The notes below the pieces were generated by a model that was given only the letters and a program-made list of their open reading frames with translations, was not told the origin of the DNA and did no database searches. DNA of 450 nucleotides. Origin: Escherichia coli. GTDB lineage: Bacteria > Pseudomonadota > Gammaproteobacteria > Enterobacterales > Enterobacteriaceae. The DNA lies in NCBI RefSeq assembly GCF_003334765.1, contig NZ_QOWT01000122.1, one strand, 5' to 3'. A program made the position numbers and the translations under genes. Shown here piece after piece: positions 1 through 450 of this stretch. Within the stretch, counting starts at the first letter, position 1, and every line of letters starts with the position of its first letter.

Positions 1-450
1 GAAGATGTTTTTCTTGCCTTTCTTCTCAACGGTCAGCAGACCTTGTTTGATCGCATACAGCGGAATAGCGTGTACCAAATCGCGCAGGGTGATGCCCGGC
101 TGCATTTTGCCTTTGAAGCGCACCAGAACGGATTCCGGCATATCCAGCGGCATGACGCCAGTTGCAGCAGCAAATGCCACCAGACCGGAGCCTGCCGGGA
201 AAGAAATGCCGATCGGGAAACGGGTATGGGAATCACCACCGGTACCGACGGTATCCGGCAGCAGCATACGGTTCAGCCAGGAGTGGATTACGCCGTCACC
301 CGGACGCAGCGACACACCGCCACGGTTCATAATGAAGTCCGGCAGCGTGTGGTGCGTATTCACGTCAACTGGTTTCGGATACGCCGCGGTGTGGCAGAAA
401 GACTGCATCACCAGGTCAGCCGAGAAGCCCAGGCACGCCAGGTCTTTCAG
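1..450 (-). CDS. acnB: Aconitate hydratase B (aconitase 2; bifunctional aconitase / 2-methylisocitrate dehydratase), internal fragment, partial at both ends
   Basis: Seen in sequence: the reverse complement read in the frame whose first codon is + strand 450..448 gives 150 sense codons with no stop across the whole window. The translation contains GSGxxH-like DGVIHSW and GGDSHTRF motifs and matches my recollection of E. coli AcnB through ...KGKKNIF. Codon usage is strongly E. coli-like: 16 of 17 Leu codons are CTG and 10 of 11 Pro codons are CCG. Established knowledge: the Asp-Ser-His motif and the upstream His are conserved active-site residues of the aconitase family. The identification rests on recalled protein sequence, not a database search. 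Confidence 0.95.
   Translation of the reverse strand, partial: MKDLACLGFSADLVMQSFCHTAAYPKPVDVNTHHTLPDFIMNRGGVSLRPGDGVIHSWLNRMLLPDTVGTGGDSHTRFPIGISFPAGSGLVAFAAATGVMPLDMPESVLVRFKGKMQPGITLRDLVHAIPLYAIKQGLLTVEKKGKKNIF

Noticed and set aside
176-183. Near-match to a Chi recombination hotspot (minus strand reads TCTGGTGG; Chi is GCTGGTGG)
   Set aside because: It differs from Chi by one base at the first position, so it is not a canonical Chi site. The sequence is explained by the codons for Gly-Leu-Val-Ala in acnB.
50-214. Two GATC (Dam methylation) sites at 50..53 and 210..213
   Set aside because: Two GATC sites in 450 bp is close to chance expectation, and they sit inside coding sequence with no clustering or promoter context, so there is no regulatory significance to claim.
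33-239. The 68-aa ORF from the supplied track (minus strand, [16 protein letters not shown]...)
   Set aside because: It lies on the same strand as acnB but in a shifted frame (first base at + 239, whereas acnB codons start at positions divisible by 3). It begins at a GTG, not an ATG, and its Cys/Trp/Arg-rich low-complexity product is typical of an out-of-frame read of a GC-rich gene. It is fully embedded in the much better supported acnB frame, so I treat it as a shadow ORF and not a gene.
133-345. Recurrent short motif TCCGGCA at about 133..139, 253..259 and 339..345
   Set aside because: These are 7-bp coincidences produced by repeated preferred codons in the acnB frame (CCG Pro and GAT/GAA Asp/Glu in Met-Pro-Glu and Leu-Pro-Asp contexts). 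They are too short and irregular to be a repeat element, operator or CRISPR-like structure.
1-450. Possible regulatory RNA elements for acnB (RyhB sRNA targeting, apo-AcnB autoregulatory mRNA binding)
   Set aside because: Established knowledge places these at the mRNA ends (5' leader and 3' UTR). The window is wholly internal coding sequence, so none can be supported here.

Overview
The entire 450-bp window is an internal fragment of a single, well-known housekeeping gene on the minus strand: acnB, encoding aconitate hydratase B (aconitase 2 / 2-methylisocitrate dehydratase) of an Escherichia/Shigella-type enterobacterium. The minus-strand frame aligned to position 450 reads through all 150 codons with no stop and translates to [150 protein letters not shown], which I recognise from memory as the middle of E. 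coli AcnB, including the aconitase-family active-site motifs. The gene start and stop, promoter, terminator and any intergenic sequence all lie outside the window. The only ORF in the supplied track (33..239, minus) is an out-of-frame shadow ORF inside acnB. I find no evidence of a novel or undescribed system here; this is ordinary core-genome coding sequence.
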